Positions 49,951-63,841 of a stretch of 64,000 nt of DNA are shown piece by piece. This stretch comes from Trichosphaerium sp. ATCC 40318 (Eukaryota > Protista > Tubulinea), in the NCBI GenBank assembly GCA_038496445.1, contig JALMLS010000179.1, positions 248,001-312,000 on the forward strand. The letters run 5' to 3'. Position 1 is the first letter of the stretch. Each line of letters begins with the position of its first letter. The notes below the pieces were generated by a model that was not told the DNA's origin, made no database searches, and saw only the letters and a list, made by a program, of their open reading frames with translations. Position numbers and translations under genes: made by a program.

Positions 49951-51364
49951 CTATTCTGTCTCGCTATTACGTACAATATCAAATACAACAGGCTTATTAA
50001 AAGGCCGTAATTTAGAATTGACACTTGCTGCGTTGACATACACAACGTTGTGTTTTTTCGTGATGCCATATCCGCTATGAATATGGCCAAATACAACTGC
50101 CTTAGGTTTAGTGCGCTTTACAGCTTCAATAAGAGACGAAGCACCACAATCACCCATTGATGTAACAGACTGTAAATGCAACGATTAGTTACGCTTTGTT
50201 TGAGGCAATATTGATGTTGGCACGTACCCGTGTTGCTTGTGGTGGGTTATGAGATATGATGACATCTACACCTGATGGAATAAGCCCATGTGAATGTTCA
50301 AGGTCACTGTCTGTAGCGGCAAAAACCCAATCGTTGCATAATTTTACCTACACGTTTTTAGAACAAGACTGAAGAACTAGTTTTTTGTATTGCTTACCCA
50401 AGGTGTACCATAGAAATTTAAACCCTCTATTGTGACTTTACTGTCTTGTAAATATGTACAGTGTTTCTGTAGTTTCTCTTTTATTGCTTTAGCATCATAT
50501 GGCGTCTTATGATAGCGCCAATAGTGCTTAGCATACCACTCTGTATTCAGCGTTACATCATGATTGCCTATAGCCCATATAAGATCCCATGGCATTCACT
50601 GCGGTACAGATACCACTATCCCAAAAGGTGCTAAGACCAATTGGTAAAGGTGGTAATGCACGAAAGCTTGCCTGAAATCACAATTTTATGCTTAACAGGT
50701 AGACCATCCAACCACGTGACAAAATCATCCACGGCCTCTGCGCGACCTGTGACAACTGTTAAAATATTAAAATGTTGCACGTAGAGGACCTGAATTAGTA
50801 AAATCGCCAGCGTGAACTACGGATGATCAGAAGTGAGAAAACAAAGAGATATTTACTGAACGTACTTAAAATGTCTGCAGGTGGTATTTCAAGTTCTTTG
50901 TGGCGACAATGCGTATCAGAGACACAGACAATCCTATTCGCATGGTTATGTGCTGATGGAATTGTGTAGAGTACCTCACAGCATTTTCAGCCTTATCAGG
51001 AATGTTCGTAATGTGCTTTTTAGCACTTTTGGCGGCTGATACAAACGAAATCTACGCCTGTTACCTAAAGATTTGGAAATACCTATTTTGTACGCACTGT
51101 ATTTTTAGATGCAGGTTCATCTTTACACTTTACTATGGACTGCATTGCTATTGGCAACTTGTTGTACGCAGTTTTTTTGTCAGGCACTTGTAATCCATCG
51201 ATTTTGTCGCAATTACACCCCTCCTTTTCTCTGGGGTTGTATCTAGTGTATTGATCAGGTTCCGATCAAGTTATTTGAACTTACATCCACCAACCACATT
51301 TTTCACAATTCCAGGGCCTATGGTGGCGTAAGAGATCTGGTTTCTGTGTATTGTTGGTTGCCAT
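49951..51364 (-). CDS. Calcineurin-like metallophosphoesterase (MPPED/239FB-like)
   Basis: IVCVSDTH, HAGDFT, GNHD, ISHNPP, VFGHIH, YVNAA. Confidence 0.9.
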
Positions 51365-51415
51365 AGTATTATATTACAAATGTGTTTACTGTTTTAGACC
51401 AAACAATTTGACACA

Positions 51416-52402
51416 ATGGCAACAACTGACGGACCAAGCGAGAGTATTAAATACTCAGAAGAACATGCTAAGCTCTTGGATGGTAAGTTTTACATCCTCT
51501 GGTTTAAATACCTAAATTTCGACGTAGAGTTCATGGGACAATCCGATAAGAGTCTCACTGATGATCTCGAGCAAATAATTATAAATATTTCGCGAACAGG
51601 CCTCACATGGTACAACATGGCTCAACGCGTTGATAAATTAACTAATTGACATACAGTATGGACTGGGAAAAAATTAAAGAGCTCCTAGCCACAAAACTCG
51701 AAGCGGTATGTCATTCCACCTCATACGCTGTTTTTGAGCGTTTTTAACGTTGTATAGGTTTTAAAAGATTCAAACGACAAAAAACCAATGGAAGACTTTG
51801 AAAGCAAGCGACAACACTTACTAACGTGCCTTCGCGGATTTTCAGGGTAAAAACGCAGCTATTTGTAACTTTCGTTAATTATCATCGCTAGGCCACCATT
51901 CACAATCCAGCGCTTGTGTGAAATCCTCACAAACAACAAATACACTTCTACAAAATATTTAACAGGCGCTTTGGAAAAGGTACACAACAAATGCGCTAAA
52001 ACAGCCCAAACTCGCATTATTTCTACATTGTAGATGCGTCGAAATATGTACTGACACTCTAATTAGTTAGTCACTGTTACAGGCACTCAAAAAACGCTTC
52101 CTCCTGCAGAATATAATGACACTGTCGCTTTACAGACGCTCAATATCTTTTGTATTTCAAACAATGCTAATGAAAGCCAATCAAACGGTCCTGATACTCA
52201 AGACACCGAAGAAAAGATGGATGAATCTCTAGAAGATGCATCACCTCAAATAGACTCTAGCGCAGATGAGTCTGAAGAAGATGCTACGCCAACTAATATG
52301 GATGTGGACGACAGCACAACAGAGAGCGAAGAAGAAAAGCCGGAGGCTTCTACTACTGATGATGCTACTGAAGCTGAACCTACGGCTATGGATACAGAGT
52401 AG
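51416..52402 (+). CDS. PPP4R2: Protein phosphatase 4 regulatory subunit 2
   Basis: ISRTG..WEKIK, F..PPFTIQRLCEIL, ALEK, acidic tail. Confidence 0.88.
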
Positions 52403-52787
52403 AAGAGTATTTAGTGCTTATACGTATTTGATAGTGACGAAATGAGCAGTCAGATTAGAGGCTTCTTTTATTAATTTTAGAGAAGCCACCGTTTAAAAAA
52501 CTGTTCCATTTGTCCTTTTTTTTGTACGCTTTGCTTCAGTGTAACATAATAATAAGTAAAAATTGGCGAGTGTACATTTATTAATACCTCTGTTTTTGAA
52601 CTTTTTGATAACTGCTCAAGTGTCACAATACTTATGCGCTGTGTATGATTTATTGAAAGCATGAGATCATCTCTTTAGTCGGACCATTCCATTAGTCTAA
52701 CTTAACATCACGAAAACTCGCAAAAAAAAAAATTTCAAATAAAAGCTGAATTGGTCAGTTTTTTTTTACTTGAATAAGTACAAACAC

Positions 52788-53678
52788 ATGTCAAAGACAG
52801 CAAAACAACCCCAACATCCACAAGAGCCATCCCAGGTTTACCATGTACCTGTTATAGGCTATAGAGGCAAGCTTCAGTCCCTATTAGAAGCACAAATTAA
52901 CGCAGTTGCCAGGAGCAGGAAAATCTTGCTTTATAATTCGGTATACTGACGAAGTATATAATTCTGGGTATATTTCAACCATAGGGGTTGATTTTGTACG
53001 TCCAATACTAAGCATGCTTCGTTATTTCTAATTGATTTTGTCTACAGAAAATAAAGCGTTTAACGAATTCCAAGGATGAACCTACCAAAATCTTAGTATG
53101 TTATGATCTTGCTGCTCCAGGACGTATGTATTAATCTTTACTGGATTTAGCTGTGGGATACGTTCGGAGGAGGAAGGGACAGACGTTCAATGTATCATTT
53201 CCTGCCTTCTTCATTATATCGCCGAGCACAATGTGTTTTACTTCTATTTGATATCACAGACTTTAACACATATGCAAGTGTAGAATTCTTTGTTACTAGA
53301 GCGAGAGAGCTAAACATAGAGGTAGCCAGTTACTCAAAACAATTCGAAAATGTTACCTGACTTGATTTACAGCATTTGCTTATTGTTGTTGGAACCAAAG
53401 TTGATGAGAGCACACCTAAACAAAGACAAGACGCTAGTGAGTGTGCGGCTTTTTTCAAACTCCCATACTTTGAAACAAGTGCCAAAGAGGTACAAACCTA
53501 CAATTGCAAACACTATTTACTTAACATTTTTTAGAATATTGGTATTGATGATGTAATGAAAAAAGCACTTAGCACTGCAGAGGCAAATCCACGAATAGAG
53601 CTAAAGAGTAAACCTGTTGCACCAACAAAAGCACAACCTGATTCGCTTTGGGGACGCCTTCAAAAGATGTTTTTTTAA
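52788..53678 (+). CDS. Atypical Rab-like small GTPase
   Basis: Spliced GYRGAGKS, STIGVDF, LWDTFG, GTKVD, FETSAK. Confidence 0.85.
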
Positions 53679-53972
53679 AACAATAAATACCAGTGATTAT
53701 CACAATGTGTAATCAGAAAATCTTATTTTATTCTTGTTGTTGGTAATGTAAAATACTGTCTATGTATGCTTCTGAAATATTGTACAAGTGGTATTGCCAC
53801 CAACGAACGCATGAGGAGGCAGTTGCAAACTACTTTTCGAGAAATAGCAATGCTCCAAAAGATACGAAACAGAACATCACGTAAGTTCTTTAAGGCAATG
53901 CTTAAGTTTTTAAGCCAAGTAATTTTGTTTACACCTCAAGGAATGTACAATAGTGGATAATTACGGCTCAAT

Positions 53973-56900
53973 ATGTTACCTTTCGTAAAGAATCAGGTGA
54001 AATTACAGCTAATGCGGGCTTCGCTCGGGAAGTTCCTGAAAAGAAACGTTACACTCGAGCAAGTCACAGGAACTGGATTCAGCGACCTGGAATTCGACGC
54101 AGAGGTATTCAGCCAAAATGATCTTTACCTGCGTAATTGAACCTTACATGGCCCCTAGAAAATCAATAAGAACCTGCGGCACTTTCCTGTACGTGTAGGG
54201 CAATTGTATATCAGACAAGGAAGTATAAACATTCCTTGGGCGCAAGTATTGGAACGAGGGTTCAAGGTTCAAGCTTCTGATGTTGTGATTAACTTGGTGT
54301 ACGAAAAAAACGCATCAAAACCCGCGAAAACACCTCAAGGTTCGTTAATACGTTAAATTACATCCTTCAACCTGTCAACGGTATTGTACGCGTTTAACAC
54401 GAGTTTTCAGCTAAAACACCTCCAACGAGCGTCGAAACGCCTCGAGACGTACCCAAATACAACATAGCACAATCTTCATCGCCTGCTCTCGCAATTGACC
54501 CAGAAATTGAACAAACAATGCAAAATGAAGTTCAAGAGTCATCTCTAAACTTTGCTGATATTATCGTTGAAATTATAGAACAGTTAGCAGTTGGCATAGA
54601 AATTGAAATAGACAATATCATATTTAACATGGAATTTCCATTGAACACTTCAGGAAAATGCGCTATGCTTATGATACGTATATCCAAACTTGCTTACTTA
54701 AACGTTGGAGGCAATGGCAGCCCTGTGATAAGAAAAAACGGTGAGAGGAAGCCAAACAAAATAGTAAAGAAGCTCATAAGAATATCGGTAAAAACCACAG
54801 TCAAACTAATTTATTTCACTGAAAAATCGAGGCCTCAACGTGTTATGCCTGTTTTGGTTCTTTTTTAATTCAACAGGTATGTCATGATAACTTACACTTG
54901 CACTAGGGTTACAAACTTCAAGCTGCATGCAAGCCAAACTCAGCTGACCTGAGGACATTTTTATTCAAGCATACTGATTTTCCTACTTTCTTATCTAGTA
55001 AAAATGACACGGACATTGCTGTCACTATTAAGCCGGTACATCAATTTGAAGAAAATGTTTCTTGATTTATTAAGATACTTTTGTATTAGTTATAGTTTGT
55101 TAATATACTATCATAGGGTGATGCTGGAGCGAAGAATATTGAGGTTGAAGCAAATGGAATGCTAAAAGATTTGAATATAATTCTTGACTCTGAGCGGATG
55201 GGTATCATATCAGCTATAGCAGAACAAGTATCTGGGGTTCCTCGTCATGTTAGCGAACCCCAAAATACGGAAGAAGACGAAGCTACTGATGAAGAAAAGC
55301 CAGAAAATGATGAAACTGAATCGTTGGTTGAAGATGCAGTTGCTATTGATATTACACCTGCAGTTCTTGCTTTACTTTCTTCCGATACCGTAGACCCTTC
55401 TATAAAGAATCTGGAAGATCCTAGGGGATTTTGCACCGAGTTATTAGGCACTAGAGGTATGACTCAAGAAGGTCTCGCTATGGCGTTTCAATGCGATGAA
55501 AATCAGTTCATGACTTGGCTTAATGGTGAAGAAGAATCACTAGCAGTCATCGATAAGGTCTTCAGTGTTATTGTTAGTATAAAAGAAGAGAAAGAACGAA
55601 AAGAAGCGCTCTTGAAGGCAGAAGAGATTGCAAAATCAAACGCCAAAGACGAAGTTAGTGAAGACGAATTTTTTGATCCAGAAGGTTCTGATGATGGGTT
55701 TTTAAGTGCTAATGATAATTTCGATGACGAAGACATGTGGCATTCGCCTCAAGAGGTAAGTTCAGATAGTTTAGTTTTCTGTCAAGTCTAAATCTTTTTC
55801 AAACTGTTTTGTTTATTGGTTCAAACGCTCACGTGTTTTGCTAGTCTTCTGTCATTGTTATGAATGGAGAACAAGTAAAAAGGAGTTTCTATCCTGCCGA
55901 AGAAGATGGCGAAGAAGGTAGTGGGACTATGCTTACTGATAGCGAAATCCAGTTGAGACCTTCAAAAGGAACACCAAAGATAAAGTTCAATTTGAAAGTT
56001 GAGAATATTCGTGTTGGCGTTATAATGGATACTATCCCTACTACAGATGATGACAAAAAATTAGATAATTGTACAGATATACCTTGCGGTACGCATGGAC
56101 ATTAGCAAGAGATACTTAGCGAGAAAGCAAGGAATCCTTCTGTTTTTTGCTACAACTTTTTTGTAACATTATCAATCATTTATTTACTGTCTCTAGAGCA
56201 TCTCCTACTTGAAGCACATAATTTTGATATGACATATAATCGACGTAGACCTACACAAACTTTTTCTATAGACTTCGAAAAGTGTAGTTTCATGCACTAC
56301 CAAAGAGAAAAAGGCACTGCTTTTTTTCATTTTAATTTACCCTCTAATACCATCTGTAGTAAATGATCCCAATGAAAAAACATTCTCTCTACTTTGCTTC
56401 AGGTACGACATTTGTCTTGTTATATCTCTAAACTATAACTCAGGAAGCTTGTAATGGCTGAAGAGGAAGAAGAAATTGAGAAAGGTTCGTAGAAATTAGT
56501 TAATAAAACAACAATTGTACTCATTTATTTAGAGAAACCAGAACCTTGCTTGCGCCTAGTCATAAACACAACAGACCCTGACATGATTGCTGAAGCACCT
56601 TCCCGTTGCCAAAGTGTAATAAGACTTCGATTTACAGACTTACACCTTCAATTCCACATGGACTTGGTAAAAGCGTTAACTGACTTTACAGCTCGTATAG
56701 AAGTAGAGAAGAAACTTATCCTCGAAAAAGAAGATTCAAAAGAAGATAATACATACCACGAAGACGAAACACAAAGCAGCGAAGAAAAGGACTCATCATC
56801 ACAAGATATCGAACAGATACCAAATGATGATCGTTTCGAAAATCATTTTACACAGTTTGATGTCTCTGGTAATTCACTCTCTTTTGTACTTGTTGTTCCA

Positions 56901-59900
56901 ACCTTAACACGAGAGTACGTGTATTATAATTACTATCGTTTAATACCTTTCATCGTCACTGACACGTGATTTTTGTAGAAACGAGGATCCTAAAGCTGTT
57001 CAAGTCACTTTAGAGCTTAGGAGTCCTACTGTACAATCTCAGTGGCTTCGTGAGACACCATTCACAAGATATAGCTTTAATTTTGATCAATTGACAGTAC
57101 ATATGGATTCATGTCTTGCAAAGGATCACTGCATTACAACAAATAGAGGAACTAAAATCTTCGAGGCTCAACTTCGTTCAACAATGGATGAAACAACACA
57201 ACCTGCAAATATCCTCATCGCCAATGCTTTGTACCAAGAACAAGAAGAGAGAAGCAGTGATTCAGATGAAGAGTATGGCGATGAATTTGATGTAAATAGA
57301 GGAGAAGAATTCACACCTGGTTTTGCAACTAGTCATAGAGAAACTGCTTACACTCGACAAGTACGTTTTTGTTTTTTGGATTTTTAGATTCACAATTGAC
57401 CTAGGGACCATTCTCGGAGTCTTTGAAAGTAAACTGGAACGGATACACGCCTAGATCTGCAGAACAGGTTCAATATGGAGAGTATAAACACAGAGTCACA
57501 ACATCATCGGTTAGATTGGTTTTTATGTTTGTTTTACTCACATATTTTTGTAGAGGATTGCTGTTATCCTACAAATCCCTTTTGCAAGTCTAGAACTAAA
57601 GAAACGTAATTTCTGCTTACTCATGGACGTAATGGATACAATCAATGCTTCTTTTGCATCTCCACCAAATAGTCATTTACTACAACCCAACATTATTGAC
57701 ACAACGTACACTGTGACTAACTTTTTTCGTTATGTGCTAATTTTTTACTTTGAGAAGAAATTTTGTTCGCACATACCTTGCAAAATTCGCTTTTGAAGCT
57801 ACTGTATCTACTCTACATTTGACGTTACGTTCTGAAGAGCAACCAGTATCAAAAGAAGGTGATAAACCTCAAGAACCGTTCTCTTTCCGAGCAGTAAGTA
57901 TTTGTTGAGTTACCTTTACATTGAACTCATTGTTACTTCTTTAGGAGATTGATAGCCTGCGTGCGTTGGCTGTAGCAGGATATAAAGCCCCTGATGTTAC
58001 TTACTTTACATTAAACATGAATGCCTTAACATTATACAACTCAACAAACCCTCAAGACCTCATGCTCCTTCGTACAAACAACGTTGATGCTGACCCTAAT
58101 TTCTCAGTCATTTCGTTAAATTTCGGTACGCATTGATCAGCATGTCTCTTCTCGTGTTTTCTTGAAGTTTCTCTCTGTTACTTACTTGTTGATTTCTAAG
58201 GCACGTGTTGGAACGAGAAAAAGGATGCTGTTGACAACACCATCTTGCTTGATTGTAATCAACTTGTTGTTACTTATACAGATCATATGCATTGGCTTTG
58301 GAAGCTTATTGGATTCTTCTCAAGAGAAAGTTTATGGAACGCACCATGGGCAACTGTATCTAGACTCAATGTAGCACTTAATTCGTGCGGCATTGAGTAC
58401 TCTCCAATTGTACCTATTATGGATAGTGAGGCTGTAATGTGGATTGGTTTTGGGATGTTACAAGTACGTCAAAATGCGACGATCAATCTTTGATTTTTGC
58501 TTATTTTTTGTTCAGCTCTCTAAGAACTCAGACTCTCGTATACAACCAGAACGTTCAGTTTTACCTATTCGTATAAATAATGCATCTCTTGATATTATAG
58601 AATCTCCTACAATTGGGTTTATGCGTGAAAGAATACATCATTTATCAAGGATAGACTTTTTAGATATTGATGTTGTAACAGGGAAAAACTTTGAGGTACA
58701 ACTTTTTTCTTATTTATCATCAACAAAAAAAGAGCCCTTTGTTCTTTCAATTGGTGTTGTATCTCTTGGTTTACTCTTTGTTGTAGCTTTTGATCAAAAA
58801 TCAACTATGGGAATGGTGTGGCACTGCTTCTTTGTTTCATATATTCCTTGACTTTATTTATAACTGGTTTGATCCTCCACCACTTAATTATAAAGCTACA
58901 AACGTTGAATCTTCAAAAGAGATTATAGATGTTCGTGGAAAACCAACAGAGGTAGTAGATGAAGAGGACTTACTAGTAGTCATAAGAATTGAACCAAATG
59001 ATGAAGGAAAAGATCCTAAACCTGCCAAACGTGTTGAGAGACGACAAGCACTTAAAGCAGACACAAAGATTTCATGGCTTGACGATGAACCAGGTACCTT
59101 GGTTTTTAGAATCACTTGGGGTCACCTTGCTAATAAATCCAAAGGATTCAACGTGATAGAGGACTATATGGATACACTAGTTGATAATGTTCCTATGACT
59201 GCTGAAGAAAACTATGTTAGTCTTCCTCAACCACATACAAAGATTTCTTCAGTTTTTATTCTAAAGGATATTAACCTTAAGTTTACGCTTCTTCCTGGTG
59301 ATGAACTTTGTGGATTCAAAGAAGATGCTCATCAACATTCTAAGTATGAAAATGAGGACGAAGAAGACTCAAGAACTCAATCAGATAAAGGCTGTATTGT
59401 CCTTGATTTTAACAAATTCAACTTGTATTATATGCTATTCAAGAGGACAGACTTTGATGAGAATAGTGATGAGTATAACTATGGATGGAGGATACATTGT
59501 CATGTACATGATCTCGTTGTTCATGATAATATTGTTGCTTCAAAATGGCGCACTTTTATGTGTTATAATGTGCACTATCCGCGTCAAGATAACACTAACA
59601 TAATATCTTTCACATACGACACCCGAAATGATCCAAAGGTACGCATGAGAAAAACCATTTCAAGTTTTTTTTACTTTTTGACTTTATCGGATACCTACTC
59701 GTTTAAAAACGCTCTTTTTTATATCTTCTGTATGTAATTTAGCAACTACATTGCTTACAAGCATTGAAAATATTGTTAAAACCCGTGCTTAGTTACAAAC
59801 GTTTGATCACTTATTTTTTGTTTTATTAGGGCAATATCGCAAAGATAAGAGCAAGCTTGTTGCCTCTACGATTTTATATAGACCAATATGCACTCATGTC

Positions 59901-61107
59901 TCTACTAAGATTCTTTCCTATTGTATTTGGAGAAAGTAAACGTCCAAGAGGACCTAAAGGACCTGATAGTTCACCTTCTCCACCTACAAGGTTTGATGTT
60001 GTTTCTGTTAAAGATATAAATGTATTGGTCGATTTTAAACCAAAATCTATCGATGAGAAGTTCAAGAAGGATGATAACCCTGCTTCCCAATTTCTTGACT
60101 TGGTTCTTGTACCTTTTGAAAACTTAGCACTTAAGTTGTCTTCAAAGACTTTAACACAAGTGCGTACAAACAAGTTTTAAGAAAAAATATTTCTTGAAGT
60201 TGTCTATTTTCTTCTTCTTCTTTCGATGCTTATATCATTTACTATAGGTTGTTGGTTGGGAACAATTGATAGATACTTTTAAAGCAGCTTGGGAACCAGA
60301 GATTAAGCCACATGCTGTTGTAGCAAGTACGTTTGGTTTTTTATTCCACACTTACGAATAAAATGTTAATTTTCTTTATAGGATTGGTTTATGGATTACG
60401 GCCTTTACGTCCTTTCTTTGATGTTGGTCAAGGCATAAGAGATTTAGTAGTGATACCATGGGAAGAGTATACAAGTACAATAACCACTTACAATACGTTC
60501 TTGTTAACTGGTTTTTAGAAACCGGATCTCTTGGTTTGTTGCATGGTATACAGATGGGAACGTCATCATTTTTTCAAAAACTACTTTCAGGAACAACAGA
60601 GTTAACTGCAAGAGCGTTAGTAGATACAGCAAGCTTGCTTGATAAGACATCAGGTAAGTTTTTCGATGATCTCAGAAGTTGTGTTAGAGTTTTGTTGATT
60701 TTTCTCTAGATATTATTCAAAAAGGAGAGTCTCCTCCTGGACTACCTTCAAAGTTTGCGAATACACCTTCTAGCCCTGCTGAAGGTGTAGTACAAGCTAT
60801 ACAATCTGTTAGACGTGGTTTTGGGGAAGCTGCACATGTTGTAACGTTACCGTTATCTGTATTTAAAAAAGAAGGTGTTTCTGGCTTTTTGACAAACACA
60901 GCTAAAGCTATTCCTCTTGCTATTATTAGACCTACAGCTGGAGTCACAGAAGGTCTTGGACGTGTTGTATTAGGACTAAGGTATGTTTATTACTTGTATA
61001 CAAACGTTTTTCTAACAGAGTACAGGAGTGGAATGAACGGGAATGAAAAAGCTGATAGGGATAAAAAATATGGAGGAAAGAAAAAAAAAAGTAACCTAAA
61101 AAACTAG
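53973..61107 (+). CDS. ATG2: Autophagy-related protein 2 (lipid transfer protein), many introns
   Basis: Chorein-N-like LGKFLKRNVTLEQ; LLPLRFYIDQ..L.FF, VDFKPK, GIRDLVVIP.EEY, IPLAIIRP..G.TEGL..VVLGLR. Confidence 0.9.
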
Positions 61108-62137
61108 AGCGCAGCAACCGCTTGAGTTTTTGGTTTTAAACTTGTAGGATTTTTGGGTTTGTTGTACATACGGAGTTTTTATTGAGAAAGAATTGTAATA
61201 TTGTAAAAAAATAGTAAAAGTAGATTAGAAACCGCTCATAAAGTTATACCTGGTTATTGTGCTGTGCCCAAAATACTCTCAGGGTATAAATTAGGGTCCG
61301 ACTTTGTTGGTTAACCAATAAAGAATATGTTGGGACAAATTGCCAGGAGTTGCACAGATAAGAACAAAGAGCTTAATCTCGCATTAAGTGTTCCTTGTAT
61401 ACTCGCTTAGCTTTCTATGAATTCTTGCTGCTTATAACTGCTGCCCAGAATTATGGAGCATAAAATGTAGCCATAGACAGAATAAACAAAACGTTCGTTC
61501 ATTCTTTCATTGCCTTGAAAGTCACCCAATAAAAAATCCTTCGAGAATATTTACATTGTTTGAAATCATGTTCTATCAAGCGTAAGTTGAGTACGAACAG
61601 TATACACAAACTCTATTATGTTTGTCCATTAGGTCTTCCTTTCAAACGAAAGCACATTGATCAGAAAACCAAAAATATGTGAGTTTTCTAGTTTCATGAA
61701 TGAATAGAAAAATCAATACAGCTACCAGATAGCAATTTGTTATTTATGCACTTATTTGTTGTGCATAAGTAATGAGTAGACGTTGCAGAGTGTAATTAGT
61801 ACAAGAAATGTAGAACCACTTTTTTTTTTTATTGAGATTGATCGTAAATAAAAACTCTATGACAATCTTTTCTTCCAGATCCATTAGTAATTTACTTACT
61901 TTATCGCACCAAATATTGGAGCTTCGGCTCTATGGATCTTTTTTGATTTCAAAAAGAAAAATCTCATTCCTTGTACATTTGCAGAACAACACAAAGTTCA
62001 TATTGAGTTCTTGTTTGTTTGGTGTATTTGACTTAAGCAAGCTTACAGGCGCAATCCGCATTACAGTATAGTACAACACAAGCTCCATCGAGCTTGGGAA
62101 AGCCCTACATATTGAGCTTTTACGATTTTATTTACAG

Positions 62138-63841
62138 TTAACAGAAATCAGGTTCTTTGGGATTTTCTGAACAAGGAAAGTGACCACTCTGGCCACAGTT
62201 TGAGTCGACTATTTCATAGTGTGGTAATCCAAGCCTTGCAACTTTTCCAAAACTTGAAGTTGCTGTTATGAAAGCCACATCAGATCGGTGAAGCAAGTAA
62301 TTGTCACTAAAGGCCTTCACATACCGACCTTCAACTTCTATATTTAACAACAAGTAAGCCCAAACAAAAAATATAGAGACCAAAAAGAGAAATTATTTTG
62401 GCTCACCGATGTGTCCTATCTCCAGTTCTACAAACAATAACTTCTCCCCAAGTAAGTTTTTCATCTTTTCTACTATCCAGGGCATATCTGTAGTCAAGAA
62501 AACTTTAACTGGTCTATTTCTTGGGTCCTCAACCCTGCAACAATGTGCTAAGTAAAACAGTTGCAAAACAACTTTTTACGTACTTTTGGTAACATTGATA
62601 AAACCTATCAACGTCAATATCACTTAACTGATTTGACTCATCAACAAACCCCTTACGTAATTGAAGGCCAATAATAAAGTGAGTTTCGAATACATCAAGT
62701 ATAGGTTGTATAACACTCAGAACTTTGTCGGAAGGTTTAAATAATGTATCGTAAATAAGCCTAACAGATTTGTCCAGACCTCCTGATAACTCATAAAATC
62801 TACTCATCCCTTGCTCAGGCCATCTCCAGTCATAATTCCTGACCTTATTTTTTTCACATTAATACACGCAAAACGCCTCAAAATGAAAATGATTTCAAGC
62901 CTTCTTTACCGAGTTTAAAAAAACGTACACAAATACCCTTTGAAAATGCATCACGTGTACCTCCTTTTACAGATCTCCATTTATCAAAAATATCTTTTTT
63001 TATACTTGACATAGGCATTTCGTGTTTTACATTCAAAACAGGTCGACTAGTCCATCAAGCAAATAAATACAAAAACACCCTTGATTTCAAAAAAGAGATA
63101 AACTTCAATTACGTACTGTGATCCTGCTTGTGTGTAAGAAATTACCTCCCAATCCGTATGACAAACATAATCATTATCAAATGCTTAAGGAACAATTAAA
63201 CAGTCCAAGTAGGTTAACCACCGTGAAGGAAATATCTGTCTATCTTTCTTTACCTTTTTTAAATTCCATGTCAATTGGAAACTCAATCATATCGTTCAGA
63301 ATAGATGATACCTCCCAGTCAACATAGAAAACTCTTCCCAATGACATTGCCATTATCAGACTTGACGCTATAGAATTCAACCTATTACCCAACCCAGCAT
63401 TCTGTTGCCAAGCTACAAATTCTCGACTTGCACAATCTCTAGAGCTCTTGTCAAATTATCACCTAAGGATTCCTCTCCACGTGCACTGTACGTGATTGTT
63501 TCGAATGCCAATTGAGGTATGCATCAAGTATAGCTTCTGGAGTAGCATAAGCTTCTTCCTGGATCAAGACAAGTCAATCATTTCGAAGTATTAGGCTTTT
63601 TGCGGTGCGTTTTTTGGGAAACTTTGGGACGTACTACGAAGGGTAGAGAGTGTTTCCCTTCAGTGTATAGTGCAGCTATCTCAGACTCTATTACTCCAAA
63701 GTCATGAGGGTCTTCGTTAAAGACATTATAAGCGTAGTAGAGTATACACAAACAACCACAGATCAATAAAACGCGAACACAGTTTTGTACAGTTAAAACA
63801 CTCTTTGATGCTTTATCCTTTGTTGTATACATTGGTCTCAT
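62138..63841 (-). CDS. Type II membrane fucosyltransferase (GT23/NodZ/O-FucT-like)
   Basis: N-terminal TM; AGLGNRLNSI, IGLQLRKG, KVFLTTD, D.YLL...D..I....SSFG motifs. Confidence 0.8.
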
